Assembly: GCF_009914755.1 (NCBI RefSeq)
Contig: NC_060933.1
Direction: 5' to 3' (one strand)
Source of the DNA: the human T2T-CHM13v2.0 reference genome, Homo sapiens
DNA length: 64,000 nucleotides
Below, in pieces: positions 28,421 to 42,010 of this stretch (position 1 is the stretch's first letter; every line of letters starts with the position of its first letter). A program made the translations under genes and the position numbers. The notes below the pieces were generated by a model. That model was not told the DNA's origin and searched no databases. It worked only from the letters and a program-made list of their open reading frames with translations.

Positions 28421-31400
28421 AATGATGCAAAGAAGAAAAAAGTAGGTATTAACCTTTAAGAAAATGTCCAGTCTTAAGCAATTGTTTCTCTGTCATTTAT
28501 TTCCTACTGCCAAGTGGAAGTGATTTCTAATCTGCATTGGCAGTATAAATATTTATTGATCTCGGTGTTAGAGATCAGTCCATAACAGCTCTGAGAAGCA
28601 TTTAAGCTCCTTTAATAACAATTCACTTAAGCCACTTTCATGTACTGGGGCAATGACCATTCCAGCCTAACATCTCAGGTAATCTCCTTATTATATGTGG
28701 ACCATAACAATATCCTCTACTCTGTTCTAATTGTAAAAAAATATATACATGTGACCATTATCACCAAAATTAATGATGACATCTAAATTTTCTCTAACAT
28801 GGCTCCGAACAACTGTGAGCAATCAGGAGGCTGAGTTTGTGCCTCTTTTAAAGGGAAATGAGTATTAGAGATGTTAAGTACTTTCATTCAAGTCAAATAA
28901 TGAATAGCAAGTAGTAAGACAGGAAATAAAATCCAAGACTTGTAAAGGAAAGTATTTTGGTATTCCTTCTGTACCACTAAGTTTCCAATACATAATTAAC
29001 TCTAGTCACATACAAACTTCAAGAGCCAGAAGTTGGTTCGCAAAAGTAATTGAATAAGTCACAATTATTGGGTAAATGATTTCTGTAACAATATGAATAA
29101 GCGTGTACTATCAGAAGCAATTTGGACTTTTCAGAAACTACTGGATGTTTTTTTTTTCTTTTTGTTTTCTTCTGGCCCTAGGCTTTCTTGCATTGGTTCA
29201 CTTGCTCTTTTAGGGATTATCAATTCGAGAGATATAATTCAAGTTGGTGAATTTTCTATCCCCATCCACCAACTCCCATAGTTAGATTGTGGGCTCTTTG
29301 AGAACAGGAACTCTTTTTTATTTCTTTTATTGCAACAAAAAATTGCACATATTTATGGTATAGATATGAATGTGGTATTTTGATACATGCATATGGTGTG
29401 CAAGGATCAAATCAGAGTATTTATTTATCACCTCAAATATTTATTATTCTTTTGTTTTGGAACATGTCAGATCTTCTCTTCTAATTGTATATTTGAAGTA
29501 TACAATTAATTATTGTTAACTATATCCTGCTACTACGCTATTGAACAGTAGAATTCATTCCTTCTATCTAGCTCTATGTTTGTATCCATTAGACAACTTC
29601 ATTCTCCCCCACCCAAAGCTTCCCAGCTATGATAACTATTATTCTACTCTCTATCTCCATGATATCAGCTTTCTTTTTAGCCCCCACATATGAACAGGAA
29701 CATGTAATATTTGCCTTTCTATGCTGGGCCTATTTTACTTACAATAGTGATTTCCATTTCCATCTAAGTTGCAGCAGATTAAAGGATTTCACTCTTTTTA
29801 TGACTAAACAATATTCCATTGTGTATATATGCCATATTTTCTTCATTCATCCATTCATGGATGCTTATGTTGATTCCAAATCTTTGCTATTGTGAACAGT
29901 TCTGCAATAAATGTGGGGGAACAGGTATCTCTTTAATATACGGATTACTTTACTTTGGATAAATACCCAGTAGTGAAATTGCTGGATTGGATTTTTTAGT
30001 TTTTTGAGAAACCTGCATACTATTTTCCATAATGGCTATACTAATTTACATTTCCATGAATGATGTGTAAGAGTTCCTTTTTCTTCACATCCTCACCAAT
30101 ATTTGTTATTTAGTTGTTTTTAATTTTTTGTAATAGCCATTCTAACCAGAGTGAGATGATATCTCATTGTGGTTTTGATTTGCATTTCTCTAATTATTAG
30201 TGATGTTGAGTAATTGTTTCACGTATTTCTTGGCCATTTGTGTCTTCTTTTGAGAAATGTCTATACAGTTCTTTTGCCCACTTTCAATGGATTTTTTTTT
30301 CTGTTGAGCTGTTTGAGTTCCTTGTGTATTATTGCAAGATAAATAATTTGTAAATCGTTTCTTCCCATTCTCTAGGTTGTGTCTTCATTTTATTCATTGT
30401 TTCCTTTGATGTATAGAAGATGTTTATTTTAAAATAGTGATTTTTGTTTACTTTTGCTTTTGTTGCTTATACTTTTTTTTTTTGAGACGGAGATAAAGTC
30501 TTAATCATAAAATCTTTTCCCTAGATCAATGTTCTGAAGCATTCCTCCTATTTTTTTTTTAATAATTTTACAATATCAGGTCTTACGTTTAGGTCTTTTT
30601 TTTCTGTTTCAATTGATTCATGTTTATGGTGAAAGGGGTCCAGTTTCATGCTTCTGCATATGGATATTCAGTATTCCCAGCATTATTTATTGAATGGGGT
30701 GTCATTTCACCAATGTACATGCTTGGTGCTTTGTTGAAAATCAATTGGCTCTAATATGTGAATTTAATTATGGGTTCTCTATTCTGTTACATTGTCTATA
30801 TGTCTATATTGTCTGTATGTCTATATGTCTGTTTTTATGCCAATACCGTGCTGTTTTGATTACTACTCATATTACTTTGATTATTCAGGGTCTTTTGTAG
30901 TTCCATGTGCATTTTAGAATGTTCTATTTCTTTGAAAAATGCCATTGATATTTTGATCAGTGGTTGCACTGAGTCTGTAGATTGCTTTGGACAGTATCAT
31001 CATTTTAACAATATTAATTATTCAGATCTATTAGCCTGTAATATATTTACATTTATTTGTGTTCTCTTCAATTTCTTTAATCGGCATCTTATAGTTTTCA
31101 TTGTAAAAGTCTTTCACCTTCTTGATAATCTTATTTCTAAGAATTTGTTGTAGCTATTGGCTATTGTAAATAAGATTGCCTTCTTGATTTCATTTTTAGC
31201 TAGTTTGCTATTGTATAGAAATACTACCAATTTGTATATGTTGATTTTGTATAATGCAACCTTACTGAATTTATTTATCAGTTCTAAGAGATTTTTGCCG
31301 GAGTCTTTAGGTTTTTCTATATATAAGATCATGTCGCCACAAAGAGGAACAATTTGACTTCCTCTTTTCCAATTTGGATGTCTTTTTTTTTTCTCTTGAC

Positions 31401-33524
31401 CGATTCTACTGGCAGAACTTACAGTATTATCTTAAATAAGAATGGTACAAGTGGGCATCTTTGCCTTATTCCAGTTTTTAGAGGAAACATTTTCAGCTTT
31501 TCCCAATTCAGTATGGGCATGTGCTATATGGACTTCATTATGTTGAGACATACTCTTTCTATAACTAATTTGTTGAGAATTTTTATTATAAACAGATTTT
31601 GAATTTTATCATATGCTTTTTTTCTGGTTTATAAAAATTATCATATACTTTTTGTGCTTCATTTCGTTGATGTGACGAGTTACATTTGTTGATTTGCCTA
31701 TGTTGAACCATTCTTCCATCACTGGGGTAAATCTTACTTGATCATTATATTTTATTTTTTGATGTATTGTTGGTTTCAGTTTTCTGGTTTCTTTTTTTTT
31801 TTTTTTTTTTTTTTTGGAATTTTCTGTCTACGTTCATCAGGTATATTGGCCTGTAGTTTTCTTTCTTTATTGTGGCTTTGATTTGGGTGTCAGGGTAATG
31901 CTGACATCATAGAATAAATTAGAAAAAATTCCCACCTCCTCAATTTTTTGATATCAATTTTTTAAAATGGGTGTTAATTTTTCTTTACAAGTTTGGGAGA
32001 AATCAGCAATAAAGCCACCTGATCCTGGGCTTTTCTTGTTGGAAGTCTTTTTAACAATGATTCAATCTCATCATTCACTATTGGTCTGTTTAGGTTTTCT
32101 ATTTCTTCCTAGTTCAACCTTGGTAAGTTGCATATGTCTAGCAATTTATCTGTTTCCTCACAGGTTTCCAACTTGTTAGCCTATAGTTGTTCATAATTGT
32201 CGCTATTGAGTCTGTATTTCTGTGGTATCAGTTGTAATGTTTCCTTTTCATTTCTGATTTTATTCATTTGGGTCTTCTGTCTAGCTAGCAGTTTATCCAT
32301 TTTGTTTATCTTTTTAAAAACCAACTTTTGTTTTGTTGATATTTTGTATATTTTTAGTGTCTATTTCATTTAGTTCTGCTCTGATTTTTATTATTTCTTT
32401 TAGTCTATTAATTTGTTTTTGGTTTATTCTTGCTTTTCCAGTTCTTTGAGATTCATTAGGTTGTTTATTTGAAATCTTTCTACTTTTTTATGTAGTTGTT
32501 TATTGCTATACACTTCCTTCTTTGCACTGTTTTTGCTGTATCCCATAGTTTCAGTATGTTGTATTTTCTTTTCCATTAGTTTCAAGAAATTATTTTATTT
32601 TCTTCTTAATTTCTGTATTGACTTAATAGTTGTTTGGGAGCATGTTGTTTAATTTCCAAATAGTTGTACAGTTTCCAAAATTCCTCTTGTTATTGATATC
32701 TGTTTTTATTCAATTGTGGTCTCAGAAGATACTTAATATAATTTCAATATTTTTAAATTTGTTGAGACTTGTTATGTGGCCTAATATATGATATCTCCTG
32801 GGGAATGCTCTACGTGCTGATGAGAAGAATGTGGATTCTGAAACTGTTGGATGTAATTTCTGTAAATGTCTGTTAGGTACCTGTAATCTTGTCACATTCA
32901 TTACCTTAAAATTGTCTTAATTGTACAGATTTAGTCCAATGTACAGATTAACTTCAATTTTTTAATTAGTTTTCTGTATAGTTGATCTATCCAGTGCTGA
33001 AGGTGGGGTGTTGAAGTCCTTAACTATTATTCTATTGGGGTCTATCTCTGTTTTTACTTCTATTAATATTTTTACTATGTATCTGGGCACTCCAATATTA
33101 ATGTGTATATATACTTACAGTTGTTATAACTTCTTGGTCAATTGATCTCTATGATTATACAATGATCATCTTTGTCTCTATTTTTTTTACTTCAAGTCTA
33201 TATTGTGTATATAAGCATAGCTACTCTTGCATGCTTTTTGTTTACATTTACATGGAATATATTTTTCCATCTCTTTCAGTCTGTGTGTGTCTTTATAGGT
33301 GAAGTAAATTTGTTGTAGGCAGCATATAGTTGGATCTTGTTTTATTTTTCACTTTTTAATCCATTCAGCCAGTCTGTTGTCTTTTAATTGGGGAATTTAA
33401 TTTATTTACATTCAAGGTTGTTAATGATAGGTGGCGACTTATTTCTATCATTTTGTTATTTATTATTTATTTTCTGATTTGTTTTGTATATCCTTTGTTT
33501 CTTTCTTCTTCTGTTGTTTATCAT

Positions 33525-33986
33525 CTAAAACAAAAAGTATCTGAGACAGGTCTTAATCAATTTAGAAATTTACTTTGCTGAGATTACGTACTCAGACAAA
33601 AGGATAACAAATCCACAGGAACAATCTGTGCTCCATACTTTTTTTTCAAAGATTTTGAAGCCTTCAATATTTAAAGGGGAAAGCAGGCTACAATAGAAAG
33701 AGGGAGGGTATGCACACATTACTGAACCCACCTGTTTGTTGCAAGAGAAGAGGAACAGGTAGAGGAATAGTCAATTATTTATTTAGCTAGCACTCAGTAA
33801 ATTGGCACTTCACATAAGATAAGGTAAACATAGAGTGTCTATCTGTGAATATATTTAACATTTTATCTATAGATATCGGCTTGAAAACAAAATGACATGC
33901 AGTTTCTGGCAGGACTTAGCTTTCAGCTTAATTTTTTCCATTTGGTATAGTGAATTGAGGTCCCAAGATTTAATATTCCTTTCACA
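33525..33986 (-). mobile_element. MER4-family (ERV1) solo LTR
   Basis: Ends 'ggtcccaagatttaatattcctttcaca' (antisense of TGTGAAAGGAA..ATCTTGGGACC); 'gagacaggtcttaatcaatttagaaatttactttgc'. Confidence 0.85.
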
Positions 33987-34917
33987 ACCTTTATGATTTG
34001 ATGGTTATTTTGTAGTGATAATGTCTGGCTTCTTTCTCTTTCTCATTTTTGTATCTGCTTTACTAATAAGTTTTATACTTTTGTGTGTTCTCATCATGGT
34101 GAGGTACCATTTCACTTCCAGATGTAGGATGCCCTTAAGCATTTCTTGTAAAATTGGTCTAATAGTGATGAACTAATGTAATTTTTGCTTACCTGGAAAA
34201 GGCTTTACTTCTACTTCATTTTTAAAGAATAGCTTTGCTGAGTAGAGTATGCTTGAGTGACAGATTTTTTTGTTTGTTTTATTCAGCCCTTTGAATATAT
34301 CATTCCATTTTCTTATGGCCTGTAAGTTTTCAACTGAGAAATCCACTATTAGTCAGATGGAGATTCCCTTATATATGACCTAATGCATTTCTTTGTTTTT
34401 AGATTCTCTCTTTGTGTTTAACTTTTGAAATTCTGACTATAATATGTCATAGAAAAAAACATTTTGGAGCTGAATATGTTTGAGGATCTTTGAACTCCTT
34501 GTATATGAATTTCTATATCATTTTTAAGACTTGGAAAGTTTTCAGCTATTAGTTTATTAAATAGGTGTCTATGCCTTTGCCCATCTCTTCTTGAACTTCC
34601 AAAAGTCAATATTTTGTCACTATTTTATACTCCATATATCATGCAAGCTTTTATTATTCTTTCATATTCTTTTGTTTAGTTTGACTTGGTTCTTTTGAAA
34701 GACTTGTCTTCAATTTTACAAATTCATACTTCTGCTCAATCTATTCTATTGTTGAATCTCTTGATTATATTTTATTTCATTTTTAAATTTGTTCATTTAC
34801 TGGATTTCTAGATTTTTTTATGGTATCAATTTCTGTGTTGAATTTCTCATTTAGATCTTAAATGGATTACTTCTAGTGTTGTTTGCCTGTATTCTCTTGT
34901 ATCTCACTGAGTTTCTC

Positions 34918-35313
34918 TGTATTAGTCTGTTCTCATGCTGCTAATAAAGACACACTCAAGACTGGGAAAATTATAAAGGAAAGAGGTTTAATTGACTCAC
35001 AGTTGCACATGGCTGGGGAGGCTTCACAATTATGGCAAGCAAATGAGAAGCAAAGTCACATCTTACATGGTGGCAGGTAAGAGAGTGTGTGCAGGAATCT
35101 CCCTTTTATAAAACCATCAGATCTCATGAGACTTACTCACTATCACAAGAACAGCATGGGAGAAAGACCAGCCCCCATAATTCAATTACCTCCGATTCGG
35201 TCTCACCCACAACATGTGGGGATTATGGGAACTACAGTTCAAGATGAGATTTGGGTGGGAACACAAGAACAGCACAAGAAAGACCCACCCCCATTATTCA
35301 ATTACCTCCTACT
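34918..35313 (-). mobile_element. THE1 (THE1C/D-like) LTR with rearranged end
   Basis: Starts 'tgtattagtctgttctcatgctgctaataaagac'; 'aaaaccatcagatctcatgagacttactcactatc'. Confidence 0.9.
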
Positions 35314-36235
35314 TCCACAGGCACTGGCAGTGGTGGATCCTGGCAAGCCAGTCCTTAGGCCTCCAGACAGTGTCCTTAGTTCCCTCTGGTGGCAGTGGTG
35401 GGACAGATGAGCAGGCCTTTGAGCCACATGTTCCATGTGTGGTGTTGACAGTGGTGGTAGTGGCAGTGTACTAACTTTTGCACTCCTAAATGGTTTGCAT
35501 GAGTGTCAGAAGAGACAACCGTGGGCTGCGTGAGGTGGGCCCATAAACCCAGGTGGCAAATATGGGCGTGCAGTGCTGGCTGTGTTAGGCAGAGTGAGTT
35601 TATTCCAAGGCCCCTGGACAGTATATTCAGGTTCTAGCAGGAGTGTCAGTAGATGGAACAGGACTATTTTTAAGCCCTGAGATGGTATGTGAATGAGCCA
35701 GTTCTCAGGCCCACTTAAGATATGTGCAATTGTTCAGTGGGTCTCCCACTGAAGAAATTGGGTGCTTTCGGAGACAATGACTACAGGCAGGCTGCATTCA
35801 GGTTCTGAGGAGTGCAAGGTTTGGATCATTTTTTCCCAGGGTCAACCTCCCTGGTGTGCTATGCTTCACATTTCCCAAAGTATAGGACACTGTGTGGGCT
35901 AGAGTGATAGTGGACCCAGCTGCACTGCTAGACCCAGCTGGCATTTGTGATGCTTCAACCCTCTGGGTAAATGTGGAGAGAAGTCAGTGAGGCTCCAAGC
36001 ATGTGGAAATGCAGAGGCTATTGGACCCTAGAGCAGAAAGTAGACTGGCAGGGGTTGGGCTCTTAAAATGGCACCATACTACAGCTGCTTGTTTCTTAGG
36101 AGTTGTGTGGGACCCAGAGTAAACTCCACCTCTGGAACAGTGTCATCACATGGACTCCAAGCAGTTTCCTATACCAGTTTCAGAAAACACAAGGGCTGAG
36201 GGGTCCTCCCATGGCTATAATTGCAGGAGTCCATG

Positions 36236-37157
36236 GCTACAAGCCCCATGTAAGTCCGAAACCCAACAGGGCACTCATTACATCTCAAAGCTTTAAAGTA
36301 ATCTCTTTTGACTCCATGTCCCACATCCAGGCCACACTGATGCAAGGGGTGGGCTTCCAAGGCCTTGGGCAGGTCTGTCCCTGAGCTTTGCAGGGTAAAA
36401 TCACTATAATTGCTTTTGTGGGCTAATGTTGAGTGCCTGCAGCTTTTCTAGGCACATGGTGCAAGCCGTCAGTGGATCTACCATTTTGAGATCTGGAAGA
36501 TGGTGGCCCTCTTCTCACAGCTCCACTAGGCAGTGTCCCATTGGGGACTCTGTGTAGGGGTTCCATCCCCACATTTTCCCTCCACACTGCCCTAGTAGTG
36601 GTTCTCCATGAGGGCTCCACCACTGCAGGAGACTTCTGCCTGGAAATTCATGTTTCCATACATCTTCTGAGATCTAGGTGGAGGCTCCCAAACCTCCACT
36701 TTAGCCTTCTGTGCACCCACAGGTCCAACACCATGTAAAAGCCACAACGGCTTGGGGCTTGCATTCTCTGAAGCAATGGCCTGAGCTGTACCTTTGCCCC
36801 TTTTGGCCACAGCTGGAGCCAGAATAGCTGGGACACATGGCACAATGTCCCAAGGCTGCACAGAGCAACAGGGCCCTGGGCCTTAGCCACAGAATCATTT
36901 TTCCCTCCTAGGCCTCTGGGCCTCTAATAGGAGGGGCTGCACATCTTCACATGGTGGCAGGAAAAAGAATAAAAGGGGAAGTGCTGCATACTATTAAACA
37001 AGCAGATCTCATGAGAACTTACTCACTATCACAAGAACAGCAAGGGGGAAATCTGCCCCCATGATCCAATCACCTTCTCACTAGGTCCCTCCCCCAACAC
37101 TGGGGGATTAAAATTCAACCTGAGATTTGGGTGGGGACACAGAGCCAAACCATATCA
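36236..37157 (-). mobile_element. MST (MSTA-like) internal fragment fused to partial LTR
   Basis: Internal 'tttgactccatgtcccacatccaggccacactgatgcaagg' to about 36940, then LTR ending 'gggacacagagccaaaccatatca'. Confidence 0.85.
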
Positions 37158-37813
37158 CCTGGGAATCTTTCACCTACTTTTCTCCTACAATGGAGTGTTC
37201 CTCCTGGGTCAAAAATGATCCTGGCTAGACTAGTGCTTGCTGCTGTCTCCTTTTATTCCTTAGAGATTTTTGTCACCTACCTGCTAAATTTCAGTGCTCT
37301 CTTAGAAGCTCTAGTCAATGTGTGGTTACCTACTCTTCCTTGATTCTTCCTTGTGCCTTCATTTGCGTTTGTATCTTCCAGACTCCTGACAAAGCACATT
37401 GTTCTTGGATCTTAGATTGATATTTCTGTTTCCTTACAGATAAAAGTGAAAGCTAATTTTAACAAACATATGGGTATGCTAATTATGTGAATTTAATTAA
37501 TTGTAATGAAGAATCTCTAGCAAAATGAAATACAGTTTTTATATATTAATGCATAGCAATATAAGCATTTATTAATGTTATTTGACTTTACTGGTTCTTA
37601 TCTTCAATTTTGCAAGGCATAGAATTTGTGAAATGGTACTTGTGATCTTCAGATGTCTTTGGTATATTTTTTAAGGGACTACTAACAAGAGAAAATAAGT
37701 CATATTGGTTTTGCTTCCCCAAAATTAATTTGATCTTCTGTTTTACCTTACAGAAAAATACACTATTTTATTTATGTGATAATTCAGTTTATCCCTCATA
37801 AATTATGTGACAA

Positions 37814-37870
37814 CTCAATATATATATATATATAATATATCTCAATATATATATATATATAATATATCTC
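37814..37870. repeat. Perfect 27-bp tandem duplication containing (TA)n
   Basis: ctcaatatatatatatatataatatat twice, plus ctc. Confidence 0.9.
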
Positions 37871-38274
37871 TGGCTCACCAGAGATCTGAAATTGCCCACT
37901 CAAACAGAAACCACCATGTACTGGCCCAGGAAAAGAGCAACTACATCTTGCTTCTCTCAACCTTTTGGCCTCAATTTCATTCTTCCTTACTTTTGGTCTT
38001 CTGATATTAAGAATGCTCATTTATTTGTTTTCAGTATGGTCTCAGAAGAAATGGTGGATGCATACAAGTAGCCAAACAGCAAAACATGGAATACCACTGA
38101 TAAGCAAAATAATTTACCTGCCACTGGTGGTAGAGGAAAGAGGCAGTTGTTTTAGGATGAGGAGTTGAAAACCAGTGAGGCATTAAAATGATATATAACT
38201 TTCCAGTTCCTAAATGTAATATAAATATATATATATCTTTATGCCCAAATTAAGGACCAATAGCAATAGCATAA

Positions 38275-38610
<336 letters not shown>

Positions 38611-38839
38611 TAGTTCAAGAAATAGTTATTAATAACCTAACATGATTTAATACTATTACTCCCCTCAACCCCTACCATATTTATTTTTGAACCAAAGATC
38701 CCCACAGGTAAGTTTTTTTTTTTATTTCATTGGTCTGTTCAGTTTTTTTCCCTCTCTCTAGTTTCAATAATAACTGCACTTATAAAAATAAAAGTAATTA
38801 TTTCTTATTCACTAAATATGGATCATATGTGAGTATTCA

Positions 38840-39040
38840 CATATATTATTTCTATTCCTTTCCACAATTCCATGAAAGAAGCAGCTACTATTTCTGTTGA
38901 GTTTTATAACAGAAATATGAGGAAGGAACAGTAGATATAGTGATCTGTAAATAGTACATGTTAGGAAACTGAGGCTGTAATAAACATGGGGAAAGATATG
39001 TTCATCCAAGTTCCTTGAATATGTTGATCCAAGTTCCCTG
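38840..39040 (-). mobile_element. MIR fragment
   Basis: 'ccacaattccatgaaag...ttttataacagaaatatgaggaa...ggaaactgaggctg'. Confidence 0.45.
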
Positions 39041-39113
39041 AGGGAAATAAAGTACAGATATCTCAAATCAATTCAATGAAGAGTAACTCTTCTGAGATCT
39101 TCTTACCCATAAG

Positions 39114-39167
39114 TTCCAATATTAGGATGTATGTGTAAATTTCCACTATTAGGATGTATGTGTAAAG
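39114..39167. repeat. 27-bp tandem duplication (2 mismatches) in an old L1ME-like fragment
   Basis: ttccaatattaggatgtatgtgtaaat / ttccactattaggatgtatgtgtaaag. Confidence 0.88.
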
Positions 39168-39537
39168 TTCTGCTAAGAAACGTGCAAGTTTGCTTATAGT
39201 AGCATTTGTGATTAAAAAAATTAATTAGGAATTAGCCTAAACATTCCATCAGCCAATAAAATCATGGTTTATCTGTACATGTAATACTATGAAATTAAAT
39301 TAACTAAGTATACTTTTATATATTGATATGGAACATCTCTAAAATATACTGTATCAAGCTGAAAAAGCAGAGAATGAAACAGTGCACAGAGCATGTCTTT
39401 CATGTGATGTTAATACTTCATATAATACAAATCATACTTAACATAATATAATATTAAAGATTTTTTGGCATCTTTTCATAATGTCTATGACTTCATTATA
39501 CAGATATTATATGGATTTATGACGTACCATTTTACAC

Positions 39538-39539
<2 letters not shown>

Positions 39540-39579
<40 letters not shown>
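39540..39579. repeat. (AC)20 microsatellite
   Basis: Direct reading. Confidence 0.95.
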
Positions 39580-39581
<2 letters not shown>

Positions 39582-40501
39582 ATGGATACCCAAAACAAAA
39601 AGCCTGTAACAGTAATTTTGGAAGGAAAGAAGGTTGGAAAATACAGAGCAGATTATTTTTATTTTGTAACGTTCTATGATTTGAATTTTTTCATCTTGAT
39701 ATATTATTTTTACATAAATGGAAGTTTTTAGGGTTTAGGATAATGGATTATTTATTCAATCATAGTTACTTGTTTTAATTGTGCACAAAATAAATATTAT
39801 AATATTATTTAAAATTAAAGACAACAAGATTCATGAACATAAAGTAGAAAACTTCTTTAAGAACCCTAAAGGAAAAAAAGTTGATTGTTTAAACAAACAC
39901 AGTTTGAAAGAGCAAACAAGAGAAAGAAAGAAAGAAACAAACAAGAGAACCTATAAATAGAAAACATAATAACAAAAGTGACAGAAACTATTAAAACAAA
40001 TCCCGACTACTCAAAATGAACATGGATTTACTGAGTTTTGCTGTTCAAAAATCAGCTTTTAAATTTCTTAAAAACCTAAACATTTCGCTATTTACAAGAA
40101 ACACATTCGAACAAACTAAATCGTATGCAAATGTCTTTGGCCCTCAGAAATAGGGTAAGAAGCACGGAGCTTCTGCGCAGGCTAGCATGCCAAAGTTATG
40201 TCAACATAGTCCTTAGATATGACCAACACCTGGGTTCTTTCACTTGACCACCACTGCCTCATACATGTTTGTACCAGCTCCACATATGATGGGTACCAAT
40301 GCACAAACATGGAAGGTTTGGGGCCCCAGTCTGCTTCTCTAACCTCCTAAGAGGCCACCCACATGAAGACAGGAACTCTGCAGGTGCATTCAAGTCAGCT
40401 TTCATGAAGAGACCCATATACAAAGATGCCTCATGGTTCCCCCATCAGAATGGTGTCAGAGGAGGAATACTGGAGACCCAGGACTTTGGGGAGATTGTCT
40501 T

Positions 40502-40990
40502 CTGTTTACTGAAATGCCAGGGGTTTGGTTTAGGTTCTGCTGATCACTGCACAAAAAGCCAATCACTGAGAAAATTAGTATTGCCAGAGAAGCCTTCATG
40601 TAAGTGCTACAGCCAAGGAGCATGAAAGATCAGTCTCAAAACCATCTCCTTACTAAAATTAGGGGCTTATATAACAGGAAAGAAATCTAACTACCTGTGG
40701 GAAAACAGGAATTTGGGGAGGTAAAGAGAAGTTGGTCAACAGGCAGCAGGTGGTCAGTTAGGCAACCATAATGGGTAAGGAGTCTGGTGTCTCATTGCCT
40801 AGATGTGGTGATCTGGTAGGTTTCATTTTCTTGATACTGTCTGGGAAGTCTGATGCATGGTTTCCTGAGAAAGAAACTCAAACAAGAGGAATGAAAGTTT
40901 CTCAAGTTTTAAGACAGAGAGGGTGGATTTTTATGTTTATTCAAAAGAAACCATAAATATCACTTCCAAGGCACAACTGGGCCAGTTTTA
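40502..40990 (-). mobile_element. MER31-type (ERV1) solo LTR
   Basis: 'actgaaatgccaggggtttggtttaggttctgctg...aagccaatcactgag' and 'atgtttattcaaaagaaaccataaatatca...gggccagtttta'. Confidence 0.75.
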
Positions 40991-41409
40991 CTCTCTTAAT
41001 ATAACTCAAACTCTTAGGAAAACAATGGAGTTTCATATAACAAAAACCTTTGTTTGAATCACATCAACAATTATTCCATTTAGGAATGGTTTCCTGATTC
41101 TATTTTCTGTACTTTAACTGAAACCTCTACCAGCCCCTCAATAATTTTGCAAATAATTAATAAGATCATTGCTGATAAAGCTACATATGAGTGTGTGTCC
41201 ATGTGTGTATGTGTGTGTTTGTGTCTTCTACCCATGTTAGCCAGGCATGCCACCAAGTTATTATATAATATGAAGATCATAAAATGCAACGACTATACGT
41301 TGAAGATTTTATTTTAAAGGCAATTTCAGTGGTATCATTCTACTGCCTTGTACATGGAACCACACAGCCCAATATAAAACCTGCTTACAGAAGTGCATAG
41401 GACTATTGA

Positions 41410-41412
<3 letters not shown>

Positions 41413-41457
<45 letters not shown>
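41413..41457 (+). repeat. Pure (A)45 tract
   Basis: Direct reading; abuts the start of an L1PB fragment. Confidence 0.95.
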
Positions 41458-41459
<2 letters not shown>

Positions 41460-42010
41460 TGCTGGTGAGACTACAGAGAAAAAGGAATGCTTATACACTA
41501 TTGATGGGAATGCGAATTATTTCAGCCACTGAGAAAAGCAATTCAGTGATTTCAAAGAATATAAAACAGAGCCACCATTTGACCGAGGGACCCCAATACT
41601 GGGTATATATATGAAAGAAAATAATTCATTCTATCAAAAAGATACATGTATTCTTATGTTTATACAGAGCTATTTATAATAGCCAAGACATAGAATCAAC
41701 CTGGGTCCTCATCAATGGAGGAGTGGATTTTAAAAATGTGGTAAACAGACACCATAAAATATTAATAGTATCCAGTCATAAAAAAGAATGAAATTATGTC
41801 CTTTGCAGCAACATGGATGCAGCTGGAGGCCATTATCCAAAATATATTAACACAGGAAAAGAAAAGCAAATACTGCATGGTCTTGCACAAGTGGGAGGTA
41901 AACATTGAATACACACAGACATAAATATGGGAACAATAGATACAGCAGGCTACTGGATAGGAGGGAGGGAAGGAATGTAGGCTTAACAACCACCTATTGG
42001 GTATTATGTT
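41458..42010 (+). mobile_element. L1PB-type 3' fragment, interrupted by the provirus
   Basis: 'gatgctggtgagactacagagaaaaaggaatgc', 'tttgcagcaacatggatgcagctggaggccattatcc'; stops at 'cctattgggtattatgtt'. Confidence 0.85.

Larger units (their letters stand above)
29314..37350 (-). mobile_element. Near-full-length decayed L1MA (L1MA4-like) with nested MER4, THE1 and MST elements
   Basis: 3' UTR at 29314; ORF2 (31114-31332: MILYIEKPKDS..LLELINKFSKV); ORF1 (34418-34609: LIAENFPSL); GC-rich 5' UTR at 35315-36235 and 37158-37350. Confidence 0.88.

Noticed and set aside
34187-34204. Minus-strand ccttttccag|gtaagc recursive-site-like motif
   Set aside because: Only 8 pyrimidines, and inside L1 ORF1; likely chance
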